Notes: a model not told the origin generated them from the letters alone. A stretch of 64,000 bases of DNA from Treponemataceae bacterium (GCA_963667725.2 CAXXHO010000005.1:1216001-1280000); one strand, 5' to 3'; positions 31,458 to 41,017 are shown, counted from the first letter of the stretch. Program-made: numbers and translations.

Positions 31458-32192
31458 TCAGGGAAGTTCTTTTGTAATTTCCAGCGCGGCGGTGCCAGCA
31501 ATCGTATTTCTCGCCCTTAAAAGGTGGTCTTGCATGCTGGCCATCGCCGCGGCGCCGCTGCCCGCTTTAATAAGCTCAAAGATTTCTCGGTGCTCAATCT
31601 TGCCTTGCTCGCTTCCGACCGACGCGTACATGTACTTAGCCCGCAGGAAGCGCAGCCAGTCGGCCAGGAATCTGTTGATCTCGATGAGAGCGCTGTTGTG
31701 CGAAGCGGCAATGATCGCGGAATGAAAATCGAGGGGCGGATCCAGCGAGGCAGGTTCGCTGCTCGCGTGATCGAGGGCCAGATACAAAGCCGCAAGATCA
31801 GCTTCCGTATGCTTTTCGGCCGCTAGATAGGCCGCCTGCGTCTCTATTCCCATGCGAACCTCGAAAAGCTCCTGGACCGTAAAGGCTGGATTCATCATCA
31901 CGAAATCGATGGTTTCGATGATATTGTTCGCCGTCACCTTCCGGATAAAGACGCCCTTGCCGCGGACATGCTGGACAATCCCCACGAATTCCAGGACTTT
32001 TAGCGCCTCGCGGACCGGGATTCGGCTGACGTCGAACATTTGCGCCAGTTCTCGCTCGGAGGGCAGGGGATCTCCTTCCTTGAGTTTCCCCGTCCTGAGC
32101 CATTCTCTTATCCTGCCGAAAATCTGATTGTACAAGGCGTTGCTGTCATTGGCGATGATTTTGTCCAGCGGTTGAACTTCCTCACTCAGCAC
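31458..32192 (-). CDS. FadR/GntR family regulator (copy B, close paralog of 24415-25161)
   Basis: GDPLPSERELAQMFDVSRIPVREALKVLEFVGIVQHVRGKGVFIRKV nearly identical to copy A. Confidence 0.92.
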   Translation of the reverse strand: MLSEEVQPLDKIIANDSNALYNQIFGRIREWLRTGKLKEGDPLPSERELAQMFDVSRIPVREALKVLEFVGIVQHVRGKGVFIRKVTANNIIETIDFVMMNPAFTVQELFEVRMGIETQAAYLAAEKHTEADLAALYLALDHASSEPASLDPPLDFHSAIIAASHNSALIEINRFLADWLRFLRAKYMYASVGSEQGKIEHREIFELIKAGSGAAAMASMQDHLLRARNTIAGTAALEITKELP

Positions 32193-32291
32193 ATTTTTCT
32201 CCTGGGTCTATTTTATTATCTCTTCGGCATATCGTCCATCAAGAGTGCTCTGATACTATATCCGCAATTCGAAAAAAAGTAATGCGCCGGT

Positions 32292-33200
32292 TTACGGAAC
32301 TTGCTTCTTGCCGAGTCGGCGACGAAGCCTGGCGGTAAGCTCGTCCACTTCGGCGGAGTATTCGCCGCTGTCGAAAAGCATCGCCTTCGTCTGAAGGATA
32401 GCCCCGCGGATCGACACGCAAATCCTGTACATGGGATCGTTCTTTTCGTCGAGGAAGAGGAGTTCGTCAGGGATTCTTAGCTGATTCCCGTTCCAGAACG
32501 AATCGTCGTCGGGAATCGCGAACTTGGCGACGAGTCTTCTGTTGAAATCCAGTTCATTCTTGTCGTCGTAATTGTCGGTTATATCGGTGGTGCCGGCGAG
32601 AAAACCTTCCTGAAAGTAGGGCCGCAGCGCCAGCGAAGGACAGGCGCTCAATAGCCTGATGTTGACGATCTCCTGCTCGGAGTTGATGGAAATCCCGTTG
32701 GGCATGTAGGGCAGGGCGAGAACATAGACATAGGCTTCGGCGGCTTCCCCGCTGGATTGGGCAAAAGAGCAGGCGACCCTGAGCGATTGGGTCAGGTCCA
32801 AAAGCGGGGTCTCATGTACTTCATAGTGCTGGATGAGCGACCATTGGATGTATTGCTTCCTGCGTATCTCGTCGGCGGCGCGGCGGTCATGCTTTTTCGT
32901 CTCGTCCACAAGAAGCGTGGAAATCTCCCTGAGCAGGGCGAAATCGTAGTCCAGCTTGGTCTTGGAGATAATGTTTTTTCTGTAGAGAGAGGGATAGAGG
33001 CTGCTCGCCCCCGCCTTGTTCCGGTGATCCCTGGCCTGGCCGCGGAAAAAAAGCAGGCAGTCCCTGTTCAGATAGGAGAGCTCCGCCACGATTTTCATCA
33101 GCTCATTGTAGGTTGCCACGGGATAGGCATCGCTTCGCGGCACCGAATCCCTGTAATGTCGCTTCAGCGGTTCCGTCAGTTGGGGCGTAATTTCTTTCAT
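32292..33200 (-). CDS. FRG domain-containing protein
   Basis: LFFRGQ, LYPSLYR, IQHYEVHETPLLDLTQSLRVACSFA. Confidence 0.85.
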   Translation of the reverse strand: MKEITPQLTEPLKRHYRDSVPRSDAYPVATYNELMKIVAELSYLNRDCLLFFRGQARDHRNKAGASSLYPSLYRKNIISKTKLDYDFALLREISTLLVDETKKHDRRAADEIRRKQYIQWSLIQHYEVHETPLLDLTQSLRVACSFAQSSGEAAEAYVYVLALPYMPNGISINSEQEIVNIRLLSACPSLALRPYFQEGFLAGTTDITDNYDDKNELDFNRRLVAKFAIPDDDSFWNGNQLRIPDELLFLDEKNDPMYRICVSIRGAILQTKAMLFDSGEYSAEVDELTARLRRRLGKKQVP

Positions 33201-33308
33201 GATCTTCTCTCTATGATAGGCAGCCGCCGCGTAAAGTCAACCGCGGCGCGACGGCGCCGCGGTTCAGCATCCTAATTACCGCAATAAACGCTCAATATAC
33301 ACGAGTTG

Positions 33309-33344
33309 AAAACGGGGCATCCGGGGCTTGCCTCCGGACGCCCC
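33309..33344 (-). terminator. Probable terminator of the protease operon
   Basis: GGGGCATCCGGGG-cttg-CCTCCGGACGCCCC stem with AAAA (U-run on the minus strand). Confidence 0.6.
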
Positions 33345-33369
33345 TGCCTTCACTCTCTTTGCCCGCTAT

Positions 33370-35541
33370 TTAGGGCATCACAAAATAGAAGTAATCGGCG
33401 TCTCCATGATAGAAACCGTAATCGGTGCCGACCTCGACTAGTTTGGCCGTCGCCAGGGTGTCATTGTCTTCGAATTCATCGTCGAGACCAGCCCCGCGGC
33501 CATTCGTCGTGTCAACTGAATACATCCCTATGAACCCCAGATTGAGGCCGTACTCTCCAGTCGCCCCATCGTACTGCGTGATCCCCACTTTATAGGTTTT
33601 GCCGCTTTCAAGACCTGTAACGCTAATCGTGTCTAGGTAACTATAATCGTAGCTATTCACGAGCACATTATCCGCGTCGTCGTAGAGCGAGATCACGGTG
33701 TCGGCCAAGGTCTCCTCATTCGGATCCTCGGCGAGGTTCGGAACCGTCTGGATAAGCAGCGGCGCGGCTTCATTGAACTCAAGAGTGATCCCTTTGTCGG
33801 TGCTGTTGTCCACGGTGAAGGGTTGCTCGGCCATGGTCCCGAGATAGTTCGTTCTGGCGGTGTAAGTGCCCGGCTTGAGCAGCTTGAATTCCGCGGCTCC
33901 CTCTGAAGCGTTTGTTATTCCGAGACAGACGTACACACCGTCGCTGTCGTAGAGGTAGACGGATTGGCCTACGACCGCGTCGGGATAGCCAGTTATACCA
34001 GATCCGTACTGGGCATTGGTGTTATTCACATAGACGGAGACGGTCTTCGTGCTATAGGTTGCTCCAAGGTTAGGTATAATCCCGCCATTGAGAATCTGCG
34101 CTGCGGCCTTTACGTTGACCAAGCCATATCCGGTATCCTCATCCCAACCCGAAGCGCCGATATCGGTGGCCGTCGATTCGATGATGCTGCGGATCTGATC
34201 AGGCTTGAGCGTCGGGTTGAAGGTTAGCAGGTAGGCTACCGTGCCGGTCACGAAAGGAGCGGCCATCGAAGTGCCGGACATATCCAGGTACGTATCGCTC
34301 GTTCCATTGCCGGTTGAGTAGATGTTGTAGCCTGGCGCGGAGACCGAGATGAAATTTCCGCTGGTAGAGAACGATACCTTGGTGCCATCGGCTTTTGTGG
34401 CGCCGATCGCCAGCACGCCCGTATAAGCGGCCGGGTACTGCGGGGCGTTGTAGCCGCTGTTGCCCATCGAAGCGACCACCATAATATCTTCGTCCAGCGC
34501 CTGGTTGATCATGTCCAGCTCGAAATAGCCGGCATAGGAACTTCCAAGCGACATGTTGACGGGAATGGTTTGCGTAACGCTGTTGGTCTGTTTCCAGGAA
34601 ATGAGGTCCGCGAGACCGCCGTAGACCGCCCAGTCGGAACCTGAGCCGCTGGCAGCCGAGTCAGAGAAGCACTTGTATGAGATAAGCTTCACATTTTTCC
34701 ATGCGACGCCAGCCACGCCCTTGCCGTTGTTGCCTAGGGCCGCGATAGTGCCCGCGGTGTGGGTGCCATGCCCCTCCTCATCCCAGTCTTCATTCTCGGG
34801 CACGTCCACGAGCGCTCCGCCGTTCCCTACGAAAGCGAAGGTGTTGCCTCCATCGGAAGAGGCAAAAGCGCTCTTCGCGTACTCGATTATCTGGTCGCCA
34901 TTGCCGTCGATAAAGTCCTCGTGAATCCGGTTAATGCCCGTATCGATGTCGGCGACATAGACCGTGTTGGCGCCGACGTCATAAGCTTGATAGGCTTCGA
35001 TAGCCTTAGTGGTCTCAAAGTGGCCGAAGCGTCCCCATGTCTCTGGATCGTTGAAGAAGGCGGCGATGGCGGCCGCGTCGCGGCTCGTCGCCTTGTCGAT
35101 AGCAGCCTCCGATGAGCTTTCATCGTCCGGCAATTTGGAGACGAGTTCGTGTTGGGCGTAGACTACCCCGGCGGTGTGCCGGAGGCGGGCGACAAGCTTT
35201 ACCGTTTCGCTCTTTTTATACAGCCTATAGTATTCCGAGCCGTTGAGGCTGAAGTGGCCAGAGACAGCAGCGCCGTAACGCGTGAAACGGTCGGCGTCGA
35301 AGCCCGAGGCTACCTTGACGATAACAAAGTCTGCGTTCACCTCACCCGCGGCGGCGGCTATCGTCAGTTCCGCCTCGTCGGATGGTTCGAACATGACATA
35401 GGGAGTCATGGACCGCGCGGCGGCTGACGTCGAGCCCGAGATCGCGAACAGGCCGCAGCCCGTTAAGACGCTGGCTGCCAATATCGCCGCGAATGTCATT
35501 ATAATAGTAGGTTTCTTGTTCATTGCTTTGCTCCTCGTCAT
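33370..35541 (-). CDS. S8 subtilisin-like lipoprotein serine protease, dentilisin PrtP-like
   Basis: Lipobox LTGC; catalytic triad VADIDTG / GHGTHTAG / SGTSMAAP; GVAWKNVKLISY and PVNMSLG as recalled for Treponema PrtP; start 35541 or 35523. Confidence 0.88.
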   Translation of the reverse strand: MTRSKAMNKKPTIIMTFAAILAASVLTGCGLFAISGSTSAAARSMTPYVMFEPSDEAELTIAAAAGEVNADFVIVKVASGFDADRFTRYGAAVSGHFSLNGSEYYRLYKKSETVKLVARLRHTAGVVYAQHELVSKLPDDESSSEAAIDKATSRDAAAIAAFFNDPETWGRFGHFETTKAIEAYQAYDVGANTVYVADIDTGINRIHEDFIDGNGDQIIEYAKSAFASSDGGNTFAFVGNGGALVDVPENEDWDEEGHGTHTAGTIAALGNNGKGVAGVAWKNVKLISYKCFSDSAASGSGSDWAVYGGLADLISWKQTNSVTQTIPVNMSLGSSYAGYFELDMINQALDEDIMVVASMGNSGYNAPQYPAAYTGVLAIGATKADGTKVSFSTSGNFISVSAPGYNIYSTGNGTSDTYLDMSGTSMAAPFVTGTVAYLLTFNPTLKPDQIRSIIESTATDIGASGWDEDTGYGLVNVKAAAQILNGGIIPNLGATYSTKTVSVYVNNTNAQYGSGITGYPDAVVGQSVYLYDSDGVYVCLGITNASEGAAEFKLLKPGTYTARTNYLGTMAEQPFTVDNSTDKGITLEFNEAAPLLIQTVPNLAEDPNEETLADTVISLYDDADNVLVNSYDYSYLDTISVTGLESGKTYKVGITQYDGATGEYGLNLGFIGMYSVDTTNGRGAGLDDEFEDNDTLATAKLVEVGTDYGFYHGDADYFYFVMP

Positions 35542-37523
35542 TCCACCGTGAACGAGAACCAGCCGTTAAGCGTCTGCTGGCCGTTCTGGTACACGTCGGC
35601 ATACGAGCGGGAGACACAGTTCGTGCCGCTCTTGATAAAATATGCCGCCACATTAGTACTGGCGCTCCCTTCATAATCTCCGAATATGTCCCAGTAGTAG
35701 GTTACGCCAGATTCAAGTTGCAGAGCATCTCCTGTAGCGCGGTTCGTGGCGGCGTTGAAAAGCGCGGGCTTGAGACTGACGATCCCCGTGGCGGAGTCCA
35801 CGGCAATATAATTGGCGACACTCGCCGCAGCATAATATAACCAAGTACTTCCTGACCAATAATAGAGTTTTCCGCTTGAGAAAGCATAGTACATGTACCC
35901 GTAATAAACATGGGTGCCATCGGCCGTTCTGATGACAGGCGAGAAATAGACTCCATCAGCGACTGCGGCATCATAGAGGTCGGGGTTGGAAATCTGCACG
36001 GTAAAGTCCGGCAAAGCAGTCGCATCAATGCTCTTCGTTTTATTTGCGGGACTCACGAGCGAGGCGGTAAATGCGGGCAAAAACTTTATAGGTCCCATAA
36101 CAGCGCTTTCATTTGTATGGGTGTCATCCGTGAAAGCCGTGATTTTATATTCGTACTCCACGCCTTCCTCGAGCTGCGAATCGGCGTCGTAATAGACATG
36201 CGTCCCGCCATAGCCTGTCGATAAGGTTCCGAAATTCTCGGTGCCGATTAAGGTCCAGTCGGCGCCGTTGTTTGATGAACGATACACCCGATAGCCGAGG
36301 ATGGGGACGGCGTTCCCGCCCGATGCGGCGTCTTGGAATGCGAAGGTGATAGCCGCTCTGTAGGAGATTGAGCCGCTTGCGAGTCCAGTGAGGGAGTCGG
36401 TCGTTTTCGTGTTCTTGAAGTAATCCCTAGAAACACCATAGATCCCCAACTCGGCTTTGAGGCTCTGGAAGTAATTAGCGGATATGTCGGCGCCGGTCGT
36501 GTTCGCGCCTGAGTTTGTCACGGCCAGATTCCGCTCAGTACGGTTGTTTGCGCGATCGTAGATGACGAAACTGAGCGTGTGCTCTCCGGGGACGATGTCC
36601 GCCCAAGAGATGCCGAAGTACGCCGTTCCGGTAAAAGTTCCGGCTGCCGAGTCGTAGGTAGAGGTGGAGAGGGTGGCATTCGGGGTATAGCCGCTGAAAA
36701 TGCTCGGCGTCTGGTCAAGGCCCATCTTGATTCCGAAGCCTGACCAGGAAGTTTCGTCCATCTCTGACTTGCCCGACGCTACAAGCTTAATATACTTGAT
36801 CGTCGAGAAATCAACGATGTTCCCGGAGACTATCGAGGTCCAAGCGGCGGTGGCGGGATCGGCGTCTGTCGTATATTGTATCGAGCCGATAATGGGCGAT
36901 TCAGCGGGGAAAGTACTCATGTCGAGCGTCGGGCAGATCATGGTCAGCGAGAGGCCGTTGGCCCCGGTGACGTTCTCTTTGGAGGATTGCGCGCGATTGG
37001 TTGGCGAGGCCTTGACGGTGTAGGTACTCCCCAGGGCGAGCCATAGCGGTTGGGGATTGGCGCTGAACGCGGCATCATATAATAGGCTACCACCTTGATA
37101 AATGTAGACCGTACCGCCGACGGGCAGTTTGCTGCCGTTTACGGAACCGATGATCTCGGTCTCGGCGTTAGCTTTGTAAACCGTTACCGTGTACGCCTTG
37201 ATATTCCCATCCTCAGCGGTGACCGTAGCCGTGAAAACGTTTGGGCCGACGACGAGATCGGTATCGGCAGCGACCTTGTTCCAGGCAAGGATAGCGGCAT
37301 CGTCGTTCACGTTCGCGACGATCGTAATCCTTGTCGTATTCTTATCCACGACAACAGTATACGACGTGGTGGAGCTAGAGAATGCTTTGTTCAACGTCTG
37401 ACCTGTAATGCTCAATGCGCTCAAGGTAGCGTCGGAGGATTTTGGGGCCGTCGGCTGGACGCATCCCGAGGCTATGAGAATAACCGCGACGATGACGGCA
37501 ATTCTCTTTAACGTCTTTTTCAT
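35538..37523 (-). CDS. Large beta-rich lipoprotein (cadherin-like N-domain), PrcA-like protease partner
   Basis: Lipobox ASGC; SSDATLSAL...VTAEDG cadherin-like domain; FnIII-like GYRVYRS; stop overlaps the first possible protease ATG. Confidence 0.7.
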   Translation of the reverse strand: MKKTLKRIAVIVAVILIASGCVQPTAPKSSDATLSALSITGQTLNKAFSSSTTSYTVVVDKNTTRITIVANVNDDAAILAWNKVAADTDLVVGPNVFTATVTAEDGNIKAYTVTVYKANAETEIIGSVNGSKLPVGGTVYIYQGGSLLYDAAFSANPQPLWLALGSTYTVKASPTNRAQSSKENVTGANGLSLTMICPTLDMSTFPAESPIIGSIQYTTDADPATAAWTSIVSGNIVDFSTIKYIKLVASGKSEMDETSWSGFGIKMGLDQTPSIFSGYTPNATLSTSTYDSAAGTFTGTAYFGISWADIVPGEHTLSFVIYDRANNRTERNLAVTNSGANTTGADISANYFQSLKAELGIYGVSRDYFKNTKTTDSLTGLASGSISYRAAITFAFQDAASGGNAVPILGYRVYRSSNNGADWTLIGTENFGTLSTGYGGTHVYYDADSQLEEGVEYEYKITAFTDDTHTNESAVMGPIKFLPAFTASLVSPANKTKSIDATALPDFTVQISNPDLYDAAVADGVYFSPVIRTADGTHVYYGYMYYAFSSGKLYYWSGSTWLYYAAASVANYIAVDSATGIVSLKPALFNAATNRATGDALQLESGVTYYWDIFGDYEGSASTNVAAYFIKSGTNCVSRSYADVYQNGQQTLNGWFSFTVE

Positions 37524-37742
37524 TGTTTTCTCCTGTTTACTATACAAAGGCTCCTATTCGTCATCCGAATCGTTACTTTATTTTTTTATCATAGGTTGAT
37601 TTTGAAGCGCGCCAAAGCTCCTGTCAAGTTTGTTTAGGTTTTTAATCCGGATTCTTATTTTAAAGAAATATTTCCTTTGGCTTAGCATGGCACCTTTCGG
37701 CGATGCGGTGTATCGCCAAAACGTGGTATTTGTTCCCCTTGC

Positions 37743-38426
37743 ATGGGGAACAGGAACAGGAGGTGGCTTACGCGTTACCGAGGACAATCGATTCGGATCG
37801 TCGCGCCGCTGACGACACTGCTTTTCATGGGAACGCTTGTCTTCCCGGCGGGTGCTCAAAGTTCCTTGCCGCCTGATGCGGCGCTCGGCGGAATTGGAGA
37901 AAAGGGTACGGCCCCGTATCCCAAGCCCGGCGTGTTACAAGGCAATGCGCTGAAGTCGGCGCTCATTGCCGCGACAATGCGGGCGATCGGCATGGAAATT
38001 CTGTATTCCGAGAACGAACTGCGCGCGGCCAAGGCGCGGTCCGGGGATTTTGCCGATATCGCTCGTCTTGATGAAAAAATCACGGACTTGAAAAACGAAC
38101 TTGCCAAAACCGCGCTTCTCGAACCTTCCGATTATTCTTTGCCTAAAACCAGGCGCGTTCGCGTCACTCCTAAAAAACCATACAGTTACGGCTCAAGCCT
38201 CGATATCGACGGAAGCGGTAAGAAGAACCCCGTTTATTATGCGGCGGGAATCCAGGGGGACGATTTCTCCATGCTCGAGGTAAGGAATAAATACGCGCTC
38301 ACGATTTATCTTCTGAGGCCAAAGGCTTTCGAGTCGGGTCAAAAAAAGGGCCATTATGTATTCATCATGGCTCCGTCGGGACCCGGTCCGGGCTTCAAGG
38401 CGCCCGATTCCACTAGCCAGCCATAA
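37743..38426 (+). CDS. Hypothetical exported protein with a coiled-coil segment
   Basis: 227-aa ORF, hydrophobic signal-like stretch, heptad region DIARLDEKITDLKNELAK. Confidence 0.55.
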   Translation: MGNRNRRWLTRYRGQSIRIVAPLTTLLFMGTLVFPAGAQSSLPPDAALGGIGEKGTAPYPKPGVLQGNALKSALIAATMRAIGMEILYSENELRAAKARSGDFADIARLDEKITDLKNELAKTALLEPSDYSLPKTRRVRVTPKKPYSYGSSLDIDGSGKKNPVYYAAGIQGDDFSMLEVRNKYALTIYLLRPKAFESGQKKGHYVFIMAPSGPGPGFKAPDSTSQP

Positions 38427-38816
38427 GCGGGCAAGGCGATGGAATCCGCGCACACGAGTTGCGGATATTTTCGGATTACGGCGCAAAGGGGAATGAAGGC
38501 TGTTCACTTGCGGCACTTTTTTGAAATACGGTTAAAGAGTTTTATGGAGTTTCCTTGCCTTTGGCGATAAGCCGAGGCCTATTTCCCCTACGAAAAACAG
38601 CTAAAACTATTTGTTGGTCGTTGACGCGGAGTACCTCTCAGCTGCCATGATTTCCTATTGCGTGACGACAAAAGTCGCGGATTTTAACGAGAAAATAACT
38701 AAAATTATATTGTTCAAATTATATTGATAGTTAATTATAGAAATAATCATGAAGTGGTGGAATTTTCCTATTGCCCTCCTTGACTGATTTTGTAATCGGT
38801 ATTTATCTATAAGTAA

Positions 38817-38832
38817 TGTACTATATAGTACA
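38817..38832. promoter_or_regulatory. Perfect 16-bp palindrome (operator candidate)
   Basis: TGTACTATATAGTACA, downstream of TTGACT (38780) and upstream of the reductase gene. Confidence 0.55.
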
Positions 38833-38880
38833 ACCATTCTGTGCGAATGGGGTATTACTTCAGTCCTTGGAGGAAAGGAA

Positions 38881-40830
38881 TTGAAAAAGACCGTCAAGGG
38901 TTCGCTTCTCCTTCTGGCAGCTATCGTCGCGATGACGATGTTTTCCTGCCAGCAGGTCAAGCAATCCGCAAAGACCGAAACGCCGACACCGTCGGCGGTG
39001 ACATCGATGAAACCGGGCGTCTACAAGCAGACCGTAAAGGGCATGCACGATGGTCTCGTCGTCGAAGTCACGCTCTCCGAAAAGAAAATCGAAAAAGTCG
39101 TCGTCGTCGGGAACAACGACACGCCTGGAATCTCGGCCGGAGCGATCTCGACGCTTCCCGATAAAATCGTCGCAGCCCAGAGCCTGTCCATAGACACGGT
39201 TTCCGGCGCTACCATGACCAGCAGGGGAATTCTCGCCGCGGTCGGTCAAGCCATCGCGGCCGCGGGCGGCAAGGTCGAGGAATTCAAGATCGCGGGCAAA
39301 GAACCCGAAGCGACCACGGCGGCCAGTACAGCCGCTTCCACCGAAGCTATCGCCTCGACAGCGCTTCCCGCCAAATGGGATATGACCTACGACGTTGTCG
39401 TGGTCGGCGGCGGATTCGCCGGTCTCTCCGCTTCTCATAGCGCGGCCACCCACGGCGCGAAAACCGTCCTGGTCGAGAAAATGCCCTTCGTGGGCGGAAA
39501 CTCCCAGATCAACGGCGGCGTCTACGCGGCTTACACGAGCAAGCTCGCGGCCGATTTCCAGAAGAAGTTTAACCTTGTTCCGGACACCGCCGAAGCTCAT
39601 ATCGCCGACACCATGAAGGGCGGCGACTACATGAGCGACATCAAGCTCGTGAAGAACATGGTCTACGGATCTCCTTTCTATCTCGACATGCTTCTCAGCA
39701 ATGGCCTTAAGGTTCGCGAGAGCCTCACCAGGCCGGGCGGGCACTACGGCTACCGCACCTACACCACGATCAATGGCCAGGGCAGCGACATCGTCGAAGT
39801 CCAGAAGAAAATGTGCAAGGAAGCCGGCGTCGAGACGCTCGTAAACTCCAAGATGGTAAAAATCTACCGCGAAGGCGAACTCAAGGGTAAAGTCGTCGGA
39901 ATCGGCGTCGAGACCAAGTCCGGTTATAAAACCATCAAGGCGAACAAGGCGGTCATCCTCACCACCGGCGGATTCGCCGCTAACGTGGAGATGAGGTCCA
40001 AGCAGGTTCCCGCGCTCACCGCGGATCTCCCGACGACCAACCATGTAGGAGCGACCGGTGAAGGCATCACGATCGCTCAGGAAGTTGGCGCGAACACCAT
40101 GCAGATGAGCTATATCCAGCTATACCCTTTCGCCGACCCGAACAACGGCGTTCTCGACGCCTTCGCGGTCATTCCCTTCAGCGGACCTTCGGCCGGCATC
40201 GTCTACGTGAATGAGTACGGCAAGCGTTACGTCAACGAAGGCGAACGCCGCGACGTCTGCGCCAAGGCGGCCCAGGATTCCGGCGGGTTCCCCACCTTCT
40301 CCATCTTCGGCGAGGATATCTGCAAGAAAGGCGGCTTTATCACAGCGGAACAGCTTGCTGCGGGTATTCAGGCCGACCGTATCTTTGTGGCCGATACGCT
40401 TGAGCAGCTCGCCGCCGAGATCAACAAGCGCGCGTACAAGGGCGAGAAGGTCAACATGGATCCCGCGACTCTCGTCGCCACCATCGCCAAGCACAACGAG
40501 TATGTGAAGGCGCTCAAAGATCCCGATTTCGGCAAACGCATCGATAAGGGCGTCATGATGACCAGCGAGAAAGGCCCCTTCTATGCGATTCCGCAGTGGC
40601 CTTCGGTCCATCACACGATGGGCGGCGTCACGATCACCGAAAAGACTGAAGTTCAGGATATTTACGGCAAGGTTATCCCCGGGCTCTTCGCTGCTGGCGA
40701 AGTAACCGGCGGCGTCCATGGCACGAACCGCCTCGGCTCCAACGCCGTAGCCGACTGCGTGGCCAACGGCTACATCGCCGGGCAAATGGCCTCGACCGGC
40801 ACGCTCCCCGATTTTATCAAGGGTAAGTGA
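38881..40830 (+). CDS. Flavocytochrome-c-family FAD reductase lipoprotein with an FMN-binding (flavinylation) domain
   Basis: Lipobox MFSC; DTVSGATMTS flavinylation motif; DVVVVGGGFAG FAD motif; HHTMGG, GEVTGGVHGTNRLGSNA. Confidence 0.9.
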   Translation: MKKTVKGSLLLLAAIVAMTMFSCQQVKQSAKTETPTPSAVTSMKPGVYKQTVKGMHDGLVVEVTLSEKKIEKVVVVGNNDTPGISAGAISTLPDKIVAAQSLSIDTVSGATMTSRGILAAVGQAIAAAGGKVEEFKIAGKEPEATTAASTAASTEAIASTALPAKWDMTYDVVVVGGGFAGLSASHSAATHGAKTVLVEKMPFVGGNSQINGGVYAAYTSKLAADFQKKFNLVPDTAEAHIADTMKGGDYMSDIKLVKNMVYGSPFYLDMLLSNGLKVRESLTRPGGHYGYRTYTTINGQGSDIVEVQKKMCKEAGVETLVNSKMVKIYREGELKGKVVGIGVETKSGYKTIKANKAVILTTGGFAANVEMRSKQVPALTADLPTTNHVGATGEGITIAQEVGANTMQMSYIQLYPFADPNNGVLDAFAVIPFSGPSAGIVYVNEYGKRYVNEGERRDVCAKAAQDSGGFPTFSIFGEDICKKGGFITAEQLAAGIQADRIFVADTLEQLAAEINKRAYKGEKVNMDPATLVATIAKHNEYVKALKDPDFGKRIDKGVMMTSEKGPFYAIPQWPSVHHTMGGVTITEKTEVQDIYGKVIPGLFAAGEVTGGVHGTNRLGSNAVADCVANGYIAGQMASTGTLPDFIKGK

Positions 40831-40891
40831 GCGGTGACGAAGCGATAAAGCTTGCGTCATGGATGCGCCGCTTTATGACGCGGTGCTTATA

Positions 40892-40935
40892 AGGAAGGCC
40901 CGCCCCCCGTATCAGGGGGGCGGGCCTTCCTGTTT
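40892..40935 (+). terminator. Rho-independent terminator (possibly bidirectional)
   Basis: 17-bp stem AGGAAGGCCCGCCCCCC / GGGGGGCGGGCCTTCCT between convergent genes. Confidence 0.85.
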
Positions 40936-41017
40936 GTAGGGCGCGGCGTTTGGCCCTGTCGTCTACGGCTTAGCGTGGCTCACAGCGTCGCGCCACGTCT
41001 CCGAGAAGCGCCTATAC

